Source: an uncultured Deinococcales bacterium (GTDB taxonomy: Bacteria; Deinococcota; Deinococci; Deinococcales; JAAFIG01). Taken from it: a stretch of 27,475 nucleotides of DNA. The notes below the pieces were generated by a model, which worked only from the letters and a program-made list of their open reading frames with translations, searched no databases and was not told the DNA's origin. The stretch's first letter is position 1, and each line of letters opens with the position of its first letter. The position numbers and the translations under genes were made by a program. Positions 8,947 to 17,238 of the stretch are shown in pieces. The DNA lies in contig CAXTTL010000034.1 in the NCBI GenBank assembly GCA_964247135.1, positions 1 to 27,475 on the forward strand, written 5' to 3'.

Positions 8947-9028
8947 CTCCCTTCTCCCGCCGTGCGGGAGAAGGCGACCCAAGCCCGTCAGGTGCTGCTG
9001 TAAGGGTCAAGGCGGTTGGGGATGAGGG
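8947..9028. repeat. CCCTTCTCCC/GGGAGAAGG...GGGGATGAGGG-type intergenic palindromic repeat with an internal insertion; probable terminator
   Basis: Perfect 11-bp stem CCTTCTCCCGC-CGT-GCGGGAGAAGG (8950-8974) and tail GGTTGGGGATGAGGG (9014-9028) between convergent genes. Confidence 0.6.
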
Positions 9029-9036
9029 TGGGGCTT

Positions 9037-9447
9037 TTAAAGCTCTGGGAAGAACAATCCCAACTCTCGAGCGGCGCTTTCAACGCTGTCGCTGCCGTGC
9101 GAAACGTTCTCATCCACGGTGGTGGCAAAATCGGAGCGGATGGTGCCTGGGGCGGCATCCCAGGGGCGGGTTGCGCCCATCATGGTACGCCAACTCGAGA
9201 TCGCGGCTTCGCCCTCGACGGCGATGGCGACCACAGGACCGGAGGTAATAAAATTCACCAGACCGTCAAAAAATGGTTTGCCTTTATGCTCACCGTAATG
9301 TTGTTCGGCAAGTTCTTTGGAAATGACCATTTGCTTGAGCGCCAGGATTTTAAAGCCTTTTTTCTCGAGCCGAGAGATGATTTCACCGACCAGCCCGCGA
9401 CGCACGCCGTCGGGCTTGACCATTGCATAAGTTCGTTCGATAGACAT
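9037..9447 (-). CDS. ndk: Nucleoside diphosphate kinase
   Basis: [32 protein letters not shown] and N..HGSDS motifs; start MSIERT at 9447. Confidence 0.97.
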   Translation of the reverse strand: MSIERTYAMVKPDGVRRGLVGEIISRLEKKGFKILALKQMVISKELAEQHYGEHKGKPFFDGLVNFITSGPVVAIAVEGEAAISSWRTMMGATRPWDAAPGTIRSDFATTVDENVSHGSDSVESAARELGLFFPEL

Positions 9448-9492
9448 AGGGCTGCAGTGTACCAGAAGTTGCTGGGACATAACACTCGAGGT

Positions 9493-9936
9493 TTAAGGGC
9501 GCATTGCTGACCACACCATGACCGTGGCAATCACGGCTTTGGTACTCCAGGCAACGGTGCGAATCCAGTTCGAGTTGACCAGCGTTCGGTAGGCTTTTTC
9601 ATCAAAGCCGCTCGAGAGAATGGCGTGTTGCGGAACTTGCAAAAAAGCGGTCGAAAGCCAGATCACCGCCAGCAGCACGGCGTTCAACCAATTCAAACTC
9701 GAGGGAACACTGGTGGGCGGCGCGAAGAAAATCATGACCGTCAAAACAAGCTCGAGCAGCATGGCGGGCATGACCACAACCGCAATCAGATTGGTGTGCG
9801 CCGCCTCGTAAGCCGCAAAGTTCTGGCGTCCGACCATGTTAAACAGCGGATAGTGCAAGATTTGAACAATCCAGATCACGCCCGTCATGAACACGGTTGA
9901 AAGCAGGTGCAGCAAGGTCAGGATTCTCGAGTCCAC
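9493..9936 (-). CDS. Conserved-type 4-TM membrane protein of unknown function
   Basis: MTG.IW.VQ..HYPLF ... VP.H..L ... NWIRT..W pattern; four hydrophobic segments. Confidence 0.8.
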   Translation of the reverse strand: MDSRILTLLHLLSTVFMTGVIWIVQILHYPLFNMVGRQNFAAYEAAHTNLIAVVVMPAMLLELVLTVMIFFAPPTSVPSSLNWLNAVLLAVIWLSTAFLQVPQHAILSSGFDEKAYRTLVNSNWIRTVAWSTKAVIATVMVWSAMRP

Positions 9937-9964
9937 AGTCTAATTTAAGCTCGAGAACAGGTTC

Positions 9965-10387
9965 TTATTTGCCCCCAGCTTGCAATTTCTGGCTTTCCAT
10001 TTGACGCATCCAGGCAATAAACACGCCAACGAAAGCAATTTCTGCCAGCAATGAGGCGAAGCCGAGCGGTTCAAACCAGGCGTCGGGTTCGGCGGGCAGT
10101 CCGGGCAGTCCAACCGTGCGGCTGGCAATGTAGGCGAGGCTCGAGCTGGCGGCAATCAGGGCGGCGAGGTTCCAGCCCCAGCTTTTTTCGTGCCTGGAAA
10201 TTCCAATGGCGGCAATGATGGCGCCCAATCCGTTGGCGATGAACAATGCGCCTTTGTAGGTGGCGTCGCCCATCGCCTCGTTGGCGTTGAACATGTGAAT
10301 CATGCTGGTCACGATCATCAGTCCGACGGCGAGAATGGTGAAGTTGGTTTGGGTCGATTGCTGCTGGGGTTGTTGAATGGTTTGCAT
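9965..10387 (-). CDS. 4-TM membrane protein of unknown function
   Basis: AGGAGG RBS; four hydrophobic helices; Y..SRTVGLPG...W.EP.G motif. Confidence 0.8.
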   Translation of the reverse strand: MQTIQQPQQQSTQTNFTILAVGLMIVTSMIHMFNANEAMGDATYKGALFIANGLGAIIAAIGISRHEKSWGWNLAALIAASSSLAYIASRTVGLPGLPAEPDAWFEPLGFASLLAEIAFVGVFIAWMRQMESQKLQAGGK

Positions 10388-10515
10388 GGGTTTTCCTCCT
10401 GGGTGCGCGTTGCGCTGATAGAACCGTAGCTCGAGAAGGTTACGGTTTGGTTACGTGCTGGTGAGGGTTGAGTGAAAGCCAGCTTTATTTTGGAGGGTGT
10501 TTTTTTCATTTTTGA

Positions 10516-10544
10516 TTGACTCTTTTGGCTTAAACCCGTACACT
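10516..10544 (+). promoter_or_regulatory. Sigma-70 promoter of rpmE
   Basis: TTGACT (10516-21), 17-bp spacer, TACACT (10539-44); T-rich UP-like tract upstream. Confidence 0.8.
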
Positions 10545-10550
10545 TCTACG

Positions 10551-10609
10551 GCTGCCGCAAATGCGGCGCACTCCCCAACGGTCGGCAATCGTTGGGCATT
10601 GGAGGCTTT
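10551..10609 (+). promoter_or_regulatory. Structured 5' leader of rpmE (two hairpins)
   Basis: GCCGC-AAAT-GCGGC (10554-67) and CCCAACGGT-CGGCA-ATCGTTGGG (10574-96) just before the GGAGG RBS. Confidence 0.5.
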
Positions 10610-10825
10610 ATGAAGGCTGATATTCACCCGAAGTTGATTCCGTGCAAGATCATTTACAACGGCGAAGTTGTGATGGAAACATTCTCGACCAAACCAGAAA
10701 TTAACGTTGACGTTTGGAGCGGTGTGCACCCGTACTGGACAGGTCAGCAACGCTTTTTGGACACTGAGGGTCGCGTCGAGAAATTCACCAAGCGCTTTGG
10801 TGGTTCGTACCGCAAGAGCAAATAA
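10610..10825 (+). CDS. rpmE: 50S ribosomal protein L31 (zinc-free, Deinococcus-like)
   Basis: MKADIHP...ST...VDVWSGVHPYWTG.QRFLDTEGRVEKF.KRFG; lacks the CxC/CxxC zinc ribbon; GGAGG RBS. Confidence 0.97.
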   Translation: MKADIHPKLIPCKIIYNGEVVMETFSTKPEINVDVWSGVHPYWTGQQRFLDTEGRVEKFTKRFGGSYRKSK

Positions 10826-10847
10826 CAACCTGGTTGCAGGTGGATGT

Positions 10848-10913
10848 AAGGGCGCTGCTTCTTGACCATAAAATGCACCTAACGGGCATGGTCGCTTGCA
10901 GCGCCCTTTTTTT
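10848..10913 (+). terminator. Intrinsic terminator of rpmE with a long irregular stem
   Basis: AAGGGCGCTGC (10848-58) pairs with GCAGCGCCCTT (10898-908), inner GACCAT/ATGGTC stem, followed by a T run. Confidence 0.7.
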
Positions 10914-11895
10914 ATGCCGTTTGGGTTTGGCGCACGGTTGCCGTGGAGGCTCGAGTCACCAAGTTTGTCGGCAGCAACACCCCGCGCGGGGCAGCACCCT
11001 CGAGAAGCTCGAGCATCAGTTGCGCGGCGGTGTGTCCGATCAAGCGCATGGGTTGATGGACGGTGGTCAGCGGCAGGTGCTCATGGTCATCCTCGAGCGG
11101 CAGGTCGTCGAAGCCAGTCACGGAAATGTCCTGTGGAACCTTTAAACCCGCATCCTCCAAAGCTGCCAGAACACCGAATGCCATTTCGTCCGAGGCGCAA
11201 GCCACCGCTGTAAACTCGGGTTTTTGGCTTAAGGCACGCTGCATGGCACGGTACGCCCCGAGTTGTGTGAAGCGTCCGTCTAAAATCTCCAAAGTCTCGA
11301 GCTTGGCTTCCGTCATGACGTTTTGGTACGTCTCGAGGCGAAGTTGCGCGGTTTGCCCAATGGGGCTGCCGGTCATGTGAACAATGCGGGTGTGTCCAAG
11401 CTCGAGCAGGTGGCTGACGGCTTGACGCATTCCGTTGCGGTTGTCCACCTCGACCCAGGTGTATTCGGGCGGCATTTCACCGATGACCACAAAAGGTCGG
11501 TCATGAGAGCGCAATTCTTCAAACCTTGGGTCTGCCAGGTACACGCCTGGCACGATCATGCCCGCCACGCCTGGACGGGCAACGTCTTTGGTATCCAATA
11601 TGCGCACGGCGTAGCCAGCGCCGACCAATGCCTCCTGAATCAAATCGAGCAACAAGGTGTAATAGGCGTTGCGCAAGGAGGTTTCAGAAAACCTGGTAAT
11701 GCCGATCACGGTTCTCGAGCCTTTGGCGAGTTGTCTGGCGTCTGGGTCTGGGACGTAACCGAGTTCGCTGACCACACTGAGCACCCGATCCCTGGTGGCG
11801 GCGCTGACCCCAAAACGTCCATTTAAAGCCCTGGAGACTGTGCCAGTGCTGACGCCTGCGTGTTTGGCAATGTCATGGATGGTGAGTTTGGACAT
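10912..11895 (-). CDS. LacI family transcriptional regulator
   Basis: TIHDIAKHAGVSTGTVSRALN HTH and periplasmic-binding-type effector domain (VPQDISVTGFDD, LTTVHQP). Start MSKLT at 11895; the longer ORF-track extension overlaps its promoter. Confidence 0.93.
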   Translation of the reverse strand: MSKLTIHDIAKHAGVSTGTVSRALNGRFGVSAATRDRVLSVVSELGYVPDPDARQLAKGSRTVIGITRFSETSLRNAYYTLLLDLIQEALVGAGYAVRILDTKDVARPGVAGMIVPGVYLADPRFEELRSHDRPFVVIGEMPPEYTWVEVDNRNGMRQAVSHLLELGHTRIVHMTGSPIGQTAQLRLETYQNVMTEAKLETLEILDGRFTQLGAYRAMQRALSQKPEFTAVACASDEMAFGVLAALEDAGLKVPQDISVTGFDDLPLEDDHEHLPLTTVHQPMRLIGHTAAQLMLELLEGAAPRGVLLPTNLVTRASTATVRQTQTA

Positions 11896-11986
11896 AAGAC
11901 TCGCTTTGCTTGGCAATGGATAGAACTGGTTTGCAACACCGTTTGGGTCTTTTTGCTCAAGCAACCTTGTGCCGAGCCGAGGATTA

Positions 11987-12004
11987 TTTTCGTAAACGCT
12001 TTCG
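11987..12004. promoter_or_regulatory. LacI-type operator O2 (autoregulatory)
   Basis: TTTTCGTAAACGCTTTCG, 17/18 identical to the reverse complement of O1; just downstream of the lacI -10 box. Confidence 0.75.
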
Positions 12005-12009
12005 TGCCT

Positions 12010-12039
12010 ACCATAACGATGATTTCGGTGATTTGTCAA
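12010..12039 (-). promoter_or_regulatory. Sigma-70 promoter of the lacI-type gene
   Basis: Minus strand TTGACA, 18-bp spacer, TATGGT. Confidence 0.65.
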
Positions 12040-12097
12040 AATTTTTAAGCTCGAGGCGTTGGACACGAATGCTCAGGGTGTTGTGAATTATTGAGGC

Positions 12098-12126
12098 TTG
12101 ACAATCGAACCCGCAAGGATTAATGT
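12098..12126 (+). promoter_or_regulatory. Sigma-70 promoter of the agl-like operon
   Basis: TTGACA (12098-103), 17-bp spacer, TAATGT (12121-26). Confidence 0.7.
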
Positions 12127-12147
12127 TTTCGTAAGCGTTTACGAAAA
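12126..12147. promoter_or_regulatory. LacI-type operator O1
   Basis: TTTTCGTAA-GCGT-TTACGAAAA palindrome with central CG, over the predicted transcription start. Confidence 0.85.
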
Positions 12148-12245
12148 ACAGTATTTCTCGAGCAAAATTCTCGAGAGGTATGCAGTTTGGGCGGACATAG
12201 GGTCTGTACAAACAGCGCTTGTGCCCCTCGGGGCAAGGAGGAAGT

Positions 12246-13517
12246 ATGAAGCATACCAAAATAGCCTTTGCGGTGACCCTGGTCACGGCAAGCCTCGCCA
12301 CACTCGCCCTGGCACAATCCACCAAAACCATCAATGTTTTCGGTGCATTCGGTGGCGCTGAAGCCCAAAAGTTTCAAGAGGTGATCAATGTCTTTGAAGC
12401 CAAAAACCCGGGCGTCAAAGTCAATTACAGCACAAGCGCCGATTTCAACACGGTTTTGAACGTGCGCGTTCAGAGCGGTGACTACCCAGACATCGCCGGC
12501 ATTCCACAACCAGGCGTCATGAAAGACCTTGCCGCCAAAGGCGCACTTGCCCCAGTTTCGGGCACAACCTCGAGCCTGATCCGCAAGAACTACGCACCCG
12601 CCTGGGCAGATTTGGGCAAAGCCGACGACAAGAAAATTTACGGCGTGTTCCACCGCGTCAACGTCAAAGGTTTGATTTTTTACAACAAAGCTGCCTTTGA
12701 AGGCGCTGGTTACAAAGTCCCCAAGACTTGGGTCGAACTCCAAGCTTTGACCAAATCGATGGAAAGCTCGAATGCTGCGCCTTGGTGCGTCGGTATGGAA
12801 TCGGGCGGCGCCACCGGTTGGGTCGCCACAGACTGGCTCGAGAACATCATGCTCCGCACCCAGACCACCAAAATTTACGACCAATGGATCAGCGGTGCAG
12901 TTCATTTCAATTCCGAACCCGTTAAAAATGCGTTTAAAGTCTTGGACAGCATTTGGGGCAATCCAAAAGCCGTCTACGGCGGTAAAGGTTCAATCGCCGC
13001 AACCAGCTTCCTGGATTCGGCAAAAGGCTTGTTCACCAAAACACCACAATGCTGGTTGCACATGCAGGGCAGCTTTGCCACAGATTTCTTGCAGGACGAA
13101 ATCAAAAAAGACCTCGACAACAAAGTTGGCGTGTTTGTTCTGCCAATGATCAACACCAAATTGCCTCAGACACTCGAGGTTGGCGGCGACCAATTTGTGA
13201 TGTTCAAAGGCAAGAACCGTCCAGAAGTCCAGAAGTTCATGAGCTTCTTGGCAACCGGCGCTTCGGCTGACGCCTGGTCAAAACTCGGCGGCGGTCTGTT
13301 CCCACACAAAGACCAAAACCTCGACGCCTACAAGAACAAGATCGAACGCAGCTTTGCCGAGATCATCCTGTCCGCCAAATCTGCTCGCTTTGACGCTTCG
13401 GACGCTATGCCATCGGCTGTCAACCAAGCCTTCTGGAAGGGCACAACCGATTGGGTCACGGGCGGCGCCACACTTGACTCGGTGTTGAACGACATTGACG
13501 CCGCTTACAAGAAGTAA
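12246..13517 (+). CDS. Sugar ABC transporter substrate-binding protein, AglE-like (alpha-glucosides)
   Basis: Signal peptide; PD.A..PQPG, VK.L..YNK, PWC.G.ESG.ATGW..TDW.E...LR and RFD.SD.MP..V motifs; AAGGAGG RBS before ATG 12246. Confidence 0.9.
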   Translation: MKHTKIAFAVTLVTASLATLALAQSTKTINVFGAFGGAEAQKFQEVINVFEAKNPGVKVNYSTSADFNTVLNVRVQSGDYPDIAGIPQPGVMKDLAAKGALAPVSGTTSSLIRKNYAPAWADLGKADDKKIYGVFHRVNVKGLIFYNKAAFEGAGYKVPKTWVELQALTKSMESSNAAPWCVGMESGGATGWVATDWLENIMLRTQTTKIYDQWISGAVHFNSEPVKNAFKVLDSIWGNPKAVYGGKGSIAATSFLDSAKGLFTKTPQCWLHMQGSFATDFLQDEIKKDLDNKVGVFVLPMINTKLPQTLEVGGDQFVMFKGKNRPEVQKFMSFLATGASADAWSKLGGGLFPHKDQNLDAYKNKIERSFAEIILSAKSARFDASDAMPSAVNQAFWKGTTDWVTGGATLDSVLNDIDAAYKK

Positions 13518-13534
13518 GAAAAACGCGTAAACTC

Positions 13535-13573
13535 GAGGGGCGAAGGGTTCACCTTTCGCCCCTCAGTTGTTTC
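13535..13573 (+). terminator. Intercistronic hairpin after SBP gene (mRNA stabiliser or leaky terminator)
   Basis: 13-bp stem GAGGGGCGAAGGG-TTCA-CCTTTCGCCCCTC followed by AGTTGTTTC. Confidence 0.7.
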
Positions 13574-13595
13574 AAAAATCCAAGCGGAGGAAGCT

Positions 13596-14714
13596 ATGAA
13601 AACAAACTTGAGTCAACCCGCGAAGCCACTCAACGCTCAAGCCGAGTCCCCCAAAGCCTTGAGGTTGATTGGTTTGGTTGCCGCCCTGATCGTGACGCTC
13701 GAGGTGTACCGCAGGGTGTTCTTGTTTTTGCGTGATGGCACTGCCGACCCTTGGTTGATCTTTGGCACTTCGTTGCTGTGGGGCATCGGTGGGGTTTGGT
13801 TGTTGTTTGTGCTGGTCACATCAATTGTCGATTTGCTACCGACAAAAATCGCTAGAAACATCATGCCTTGGGTCTTCGCCTTACCAGCCCTCAGTTTGGT
13901 GTTTTATTATTTGTTGATTCCAACGTTTCGTACTTTTTGGCTGAGTTTGTTGGATTTCGAGTCGGTCAAGTTTGTGGGTTTGGACAATTACGCTTTTGCC
14001 TTCACCAGCCCTGCGATGCTCGAGAGTTTCAAAAATACCCTGATCTGGATTGTGTTTGGCGGCGGCATGAGCGTGATTTTGGGTTTGTTCATTGCCGCAC
14101 TTGCAGACCGTACCAGACCAGGTTTTGAAGTGACCGTCAAAACCACCGTGTTCTTGCCCATGGCGATCAGCATGGTTGCCTCGGCGGTGATCTGGCGTTT
14201 GATGTACCAGTACCGACCAGGCACGGACCAAATTGGCTTGTTAAACGCCGTGAACGTGGCTTTTGGTGGCACACCGGTCGCCTGGATGATCTCGAGACCG
14301 CTCAACACTTTTTTGCTGGTTTTAATCTTAATTTGGATGCAAACAGGTTTTGCGCTGGTGGTGTTCTCAGCCGCCATCAAAGGTCTGCCATCCGAGTTGC
14401 TCGAGGCAGCCCGCATTGACGGTGCGAGCGAATGGCAGTCGTTTTTTAAAATCACGATTCCTTACATTCAAGTCACGATTATTTCGGTCACAACCACGAT
14501 TGTTATTTTTTCCCTAAAAGTCTTCGATATCGTCTTTGGCATGACCGGCGGCAACTTTGGAACCCAAGTGATCGCCAACGAACAATACAGTCTGGCATTC
14601 CGAGATTTTAACAACGGACGCGGCGCGGCAGTGGCAATGGTCTTGCTGTTGGCGGTTTTGCCCGTGGTGTATTTCAACATTCGTGATTTTGGCAAAGAAG
14701 CCAAAGGCTTTTGA
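13596..14714 (+). CDS. Sugar ABC transporter permease, AglF/MalF-like
   Basis: FVGLDNY, F.PMAIS, W.QTGF and EAA motif LEAARIDGAS; multiple TMs. Confidence 0.93.
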   Translation: MKTNLSQPAKPLNAQAESPKALRLIGLVAALIVTLEVYRRVFLFLRDGTADPWLIFGTSLLWGIGGVWLLFVLVTSIVDLLPTKIARNIMPWVFALPALSLVFYYLLIPTFRTFWLSLLDFESVKFVGLDNYAFAFTSPAMLESFKNTLIWIVFGGGMSVILGLFIAALADRTRPGFEVTVKTTVFLPMAISMVASAVIWRLMYQYRPGTDQIGLLNAVNVAFGGTPVAWMISRPLNTFLLVLILIWMQTGFALVVFSAAIKGLPSELLEAARIDGASEWQSFFKITIPYIQVTIISVTTTIVIFSLKVFDIVFGMTGGNFGTQVIANEQYSLAFRDFNNGRGAAVAMVLLLAVLPVVYFNIRDFGKEAKGF

Positions 14715-14739
14715 ACCTCGAGAAGAAAAGGAGGTCAAC

Positions 14740-15642
14740 GTGTTCGGAAAAAAACGCTTGAATGTCAACGAGTTAAATCCAACCTCAAAAATGGTTGTTT
14801 ACGGTATTTTGATTCTTATTGCGGCACTCTGGACGATCCCAACTTTGGGGTTGCTCATCACCTCAATTCGCCCGCCCGATGATGCCTCTGCCACGGGTTG
14901 GTGGACCGTTTTTTCGGGCAATTTTCATTTCACCCTGCAAAATTATGCTGCCGTGCTTGGCAATGGAGGCGCTGACGCAGGCAACAGTGCCTCGAGCACC
15001 ACGCTCAATCAAGCCATTGTCAACACCATCATCATGGCGCTGCCATCGACGGTCATCCCGATTTTTTTGGCAGCGATTGCGGCGTATGCCTTTGCTTGGA
15101 TGTCTTTTCCGGGTCGCAAAATCTTGTTTATGATTTTGGTGGCATTGCTGGTGGTGCCACTTCAAATGTCGTTGATCCCGATTTTACGCGATTACCGTGG
15201 GCTTGGTTTAAATGGCACGTTTCTTGGCGTCTGGCTCGCCAACACTGGTTTTGGTCTGCCGCTTGCAACCTATTTGCTTTACAACTACATCGTCACCCTT
15301 CCCAGAGAGGTCTTTGAATCTGCCGTGATCGACGGCGCATCGCATCCAATGATCTTCTCGAGGTTGATCATTCCGCTTAGTCTGCCAGCGTTCGCTTCGT
15401 TCGCCATTTTTCAATTCTTGTGGGTCTGGAATGGCGTGCTGATTCCCTTGATCTTCTTGGGCGATAGACCAAACGTCACGGTGTTGCCGCAACGGATTTT
15501 GCAACTCTTAAACAATTACGGGCAAAACTGGACGGTTTTGACCGCAGGTGCCTTTGTTTCAATGGCAATTCCATTGTTTGTGTTTATTGCCTTCCAACGG
15601 TATTTTGTGCGCGGAATGCTGGCGGGCAGCGTCAAAGGATAA
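14740..15642 (+). CDS. Sugar ABC transporter permease, AglG/MalG-like
   Basis: W..PT.GL...S.RP, AAYAFAWM.FPGR, ESA.IDGAS, FQFLWVWN and G..AGSVKG motifs; AGGAGGT RBS before GTG 14740. Confidence 0.93.
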   Translation: MFGKKRLNVNELNPTSKMVVYGILILIAALWTIPTLGLLITSIRPPDDASATGWWTVFSGNFHFTLQNYAAVLGNGGADAGNSASSTTLNQAIVNTIIMALPSTVIPIFLAAIAAYAFAWMSFPGRKILFMILVALLVVPLQMSLIPILRDYRGLGLNGTFLGVWLANTGFGLPLATYLLYNYIVTLPREVFESAVIDGASHPMIFSRLIIPLSLPAFASFAIFQFLWVWNGVLIPLIFLGDRPNVTVLPQRILQLLNNYGQNWTVLTAGAFVSMAIPLFVFIAFQRYFVRGMLAGSVKG

Positions 15643-15659
15643 TCTCAAAATTCAATTCC

Positions 15660-15688
15660 AAAGCTCGAGGTTAAAAGCTCGAGCTTTT
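15660..15688. terminator. Hairpin between convergent sugar operons built from two CTCGAG copies
   Basis: AAAGCTCGAG-GTTAAAAG-CTCGAGCTTT(T); also contains the perfect 16-bp palindrome AAAAGCTCGAGCTTTT (15673-88). Confidence 0.55.
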
Positions 15689-17214
15689 CACTTCAAGTTC
15701 ATCGATGGTTTCAACTGGTCAACCTCGAGTTTTGTCACGATCATTTGACCACCCTCGGCAAACAATTGCAAACCTAGACTCGAGGCGTCTGGAAAGATGC
15801 TTTCGGTCATGGAAACCAGTCCGTCCTCGCTAAAAACTTCGACGCTCGAGCGATCAACCAGCAGGTGCAGCCGAATTTCGTGGTTGACTGACTCGAGCGT
15901 GACCGTGTGCGCACTGGCGAAACTCGAGGCAAAATTGACCTTCCCCGAATGGCTGCGGTCAACGTACAACTTTGAGGCTTTGGTATTAAACCCAATCGTG
16001 GTTTGCTCGTTTTGACCCACCCGCACCCGAATGCCAACTCGAGCGGGAACATTGCTGCTCAGTTTGAAATTCACTTTGATCTCGAGTGTTTCGCCGCTCA
16101 CGTCTTTCAGGGTTTGATTGCCCGTCACTTTTAGGTTTTGAAATTCCCAGTGTTTGTCACGCAGTGCCTCGAGTTCTGTGATGGGTTGTTGCGTGAGTCG
16201 CAAGCCAAGCTTTGTTTTTGCCAATCCCAACTCGCGTGGAATCGTGAATGTGCCGCGCCAACTCGAGGTTGGGATGCTTTGCGCGTACTGCCAGTTGTTC
16301 ATCCAAGCCAGCCAAATGCGGTTGTCTGGGGCGTTGTTCCAAGATTGCGCGGCGTAAAAATCCGCGCCATAATCCGCCCACAGAACCGTTTCTTTGGGGT
16401 TGTCGCTGACAAATGTTTTGCCATTGAATTGTCCAACAAAATATTGTGTTCCAGTCCCGCCGGCAGGGGCGCAATTGTTGACCCCAGTCGTCAACACCCA
16501 ACGTTTACTGGAACTTCCAGCAATCGGCAGTTCAAACAAATCTGGGGTTTCCCAAACGCCGCAAGTCGCGCCGTAACCAAAGCCAATGCCGCCACTTGCC
16601 GTCCAGGTTTTTAAATCGGGCGAGGCGTAAAACAAAATCGCGTTGCCAACCGCCAGCAGCATCACCCAATGCGAACTTCCGTCGCTCGAGGTGTGCCAAA
16701 AAACTTTTGGATCACGAAAATTTCTGATATTGGCAGGAGGCTCGAGCACCGGATTGCCCGCGTATTTCGTCCAGGTTCTGCCGTGGTCGGTGCTGTAGGC
16801 GAGGCTCTGCATTTGGCGTCCAGTTTGGTCGTGGGTAAAAATGGCGACCATCGCGCCAGCCCCAAAACCGGCGGTGTTGTTCGTGTCAATCACGGCACTG
16901 CCCGAAAAAATCGTGCCGAGCTTGTCAGGCTCGAGCGCCACGGGCAAATGCTGCCAGTGCAGCAAATCGCTGCTGACGGCATGACCCCAGTGCATCGGTC
17001 CCCATTTGGTGTCATTGGGGTTGAATTGATAAAACAAATGGTATTCGCCGTTGTCGTACACAAGTCCGTTTGGGTCGTTCATCCAGGCGCTCGGTGGTGA
17101 AAAATGATACTGAGGTCTGAAAGGTTCGCTGCCAGGGGCGACGAGGTTGGCAAAAACACAACACGCCGCCACAAGAAAACTCGAGGTCAACCACCTGATG
17201 ATTGTTGGTTTCAC
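15688..17214 (-). CDS. GH32 beta-fructosidase (levanase/inulinase-like), probably exported
   Basis: WMNDPNG, WGHA.S.DL.HW, FSGS, FRDPKV and WETP motifs plus C-terminal beta-sandwich (DRSSVEVF); signal-peptide/lipobox-like N-terminus. Confidence 0.93.
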   Translation of the reverse strand: MKPTIIRWLTSSFLVAACCVFANLVAPGSEPFRPQYHFSPPSAWMNDPNGLVYDNGEYHLFYQFNPNDTKWGPMHWGHAVSSDLLHWQHLPVALEPDKLGTIFSGSAVIDTNNTAGFGAGAMVAIFTHDQTGRQMQSLAYSTDHGRTWTKYAGNPVLEPPANIRNFRDPKVFWHTSSDGSSHWVMLLAVGNAILFYASPDLKTWTASGGIGFGYGATCGVWETPDLFELPIAGSSSKRWVLTTGVNNCAPAGGTGTQYFVGQFNGKTFVSDNPKETVLWADYGADFYAAQSWNNAPDNRIWLAWMNNWQYAQSIPTSSWRGTFTIPRELGLAKTKLGLRLTQQPITELEALRDKHWEFQNLKVTGNQTLKDVSGETLEIKVNFKLSSNVPARVGIRVRVGQNEQTTIGFNTKASKLYVDRSHSGKVNFASSFASAHTVTLESVNHEIRLHLLVDRSSVEVFSEDGLVSMTESIFPDASSLGLQLFAEGGQMIVTKLEVDQLKPSMNLK

Positions 17215-17238
17215 GGTTTAAACCCCGATGCTCGAGTC

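Noticed and set aside
11896-12066. 57-aa N-terminal extension of LacI in the ORF track
   Set aside because: It overlaps the promoter and operator; the HTH begins at Met 11895.
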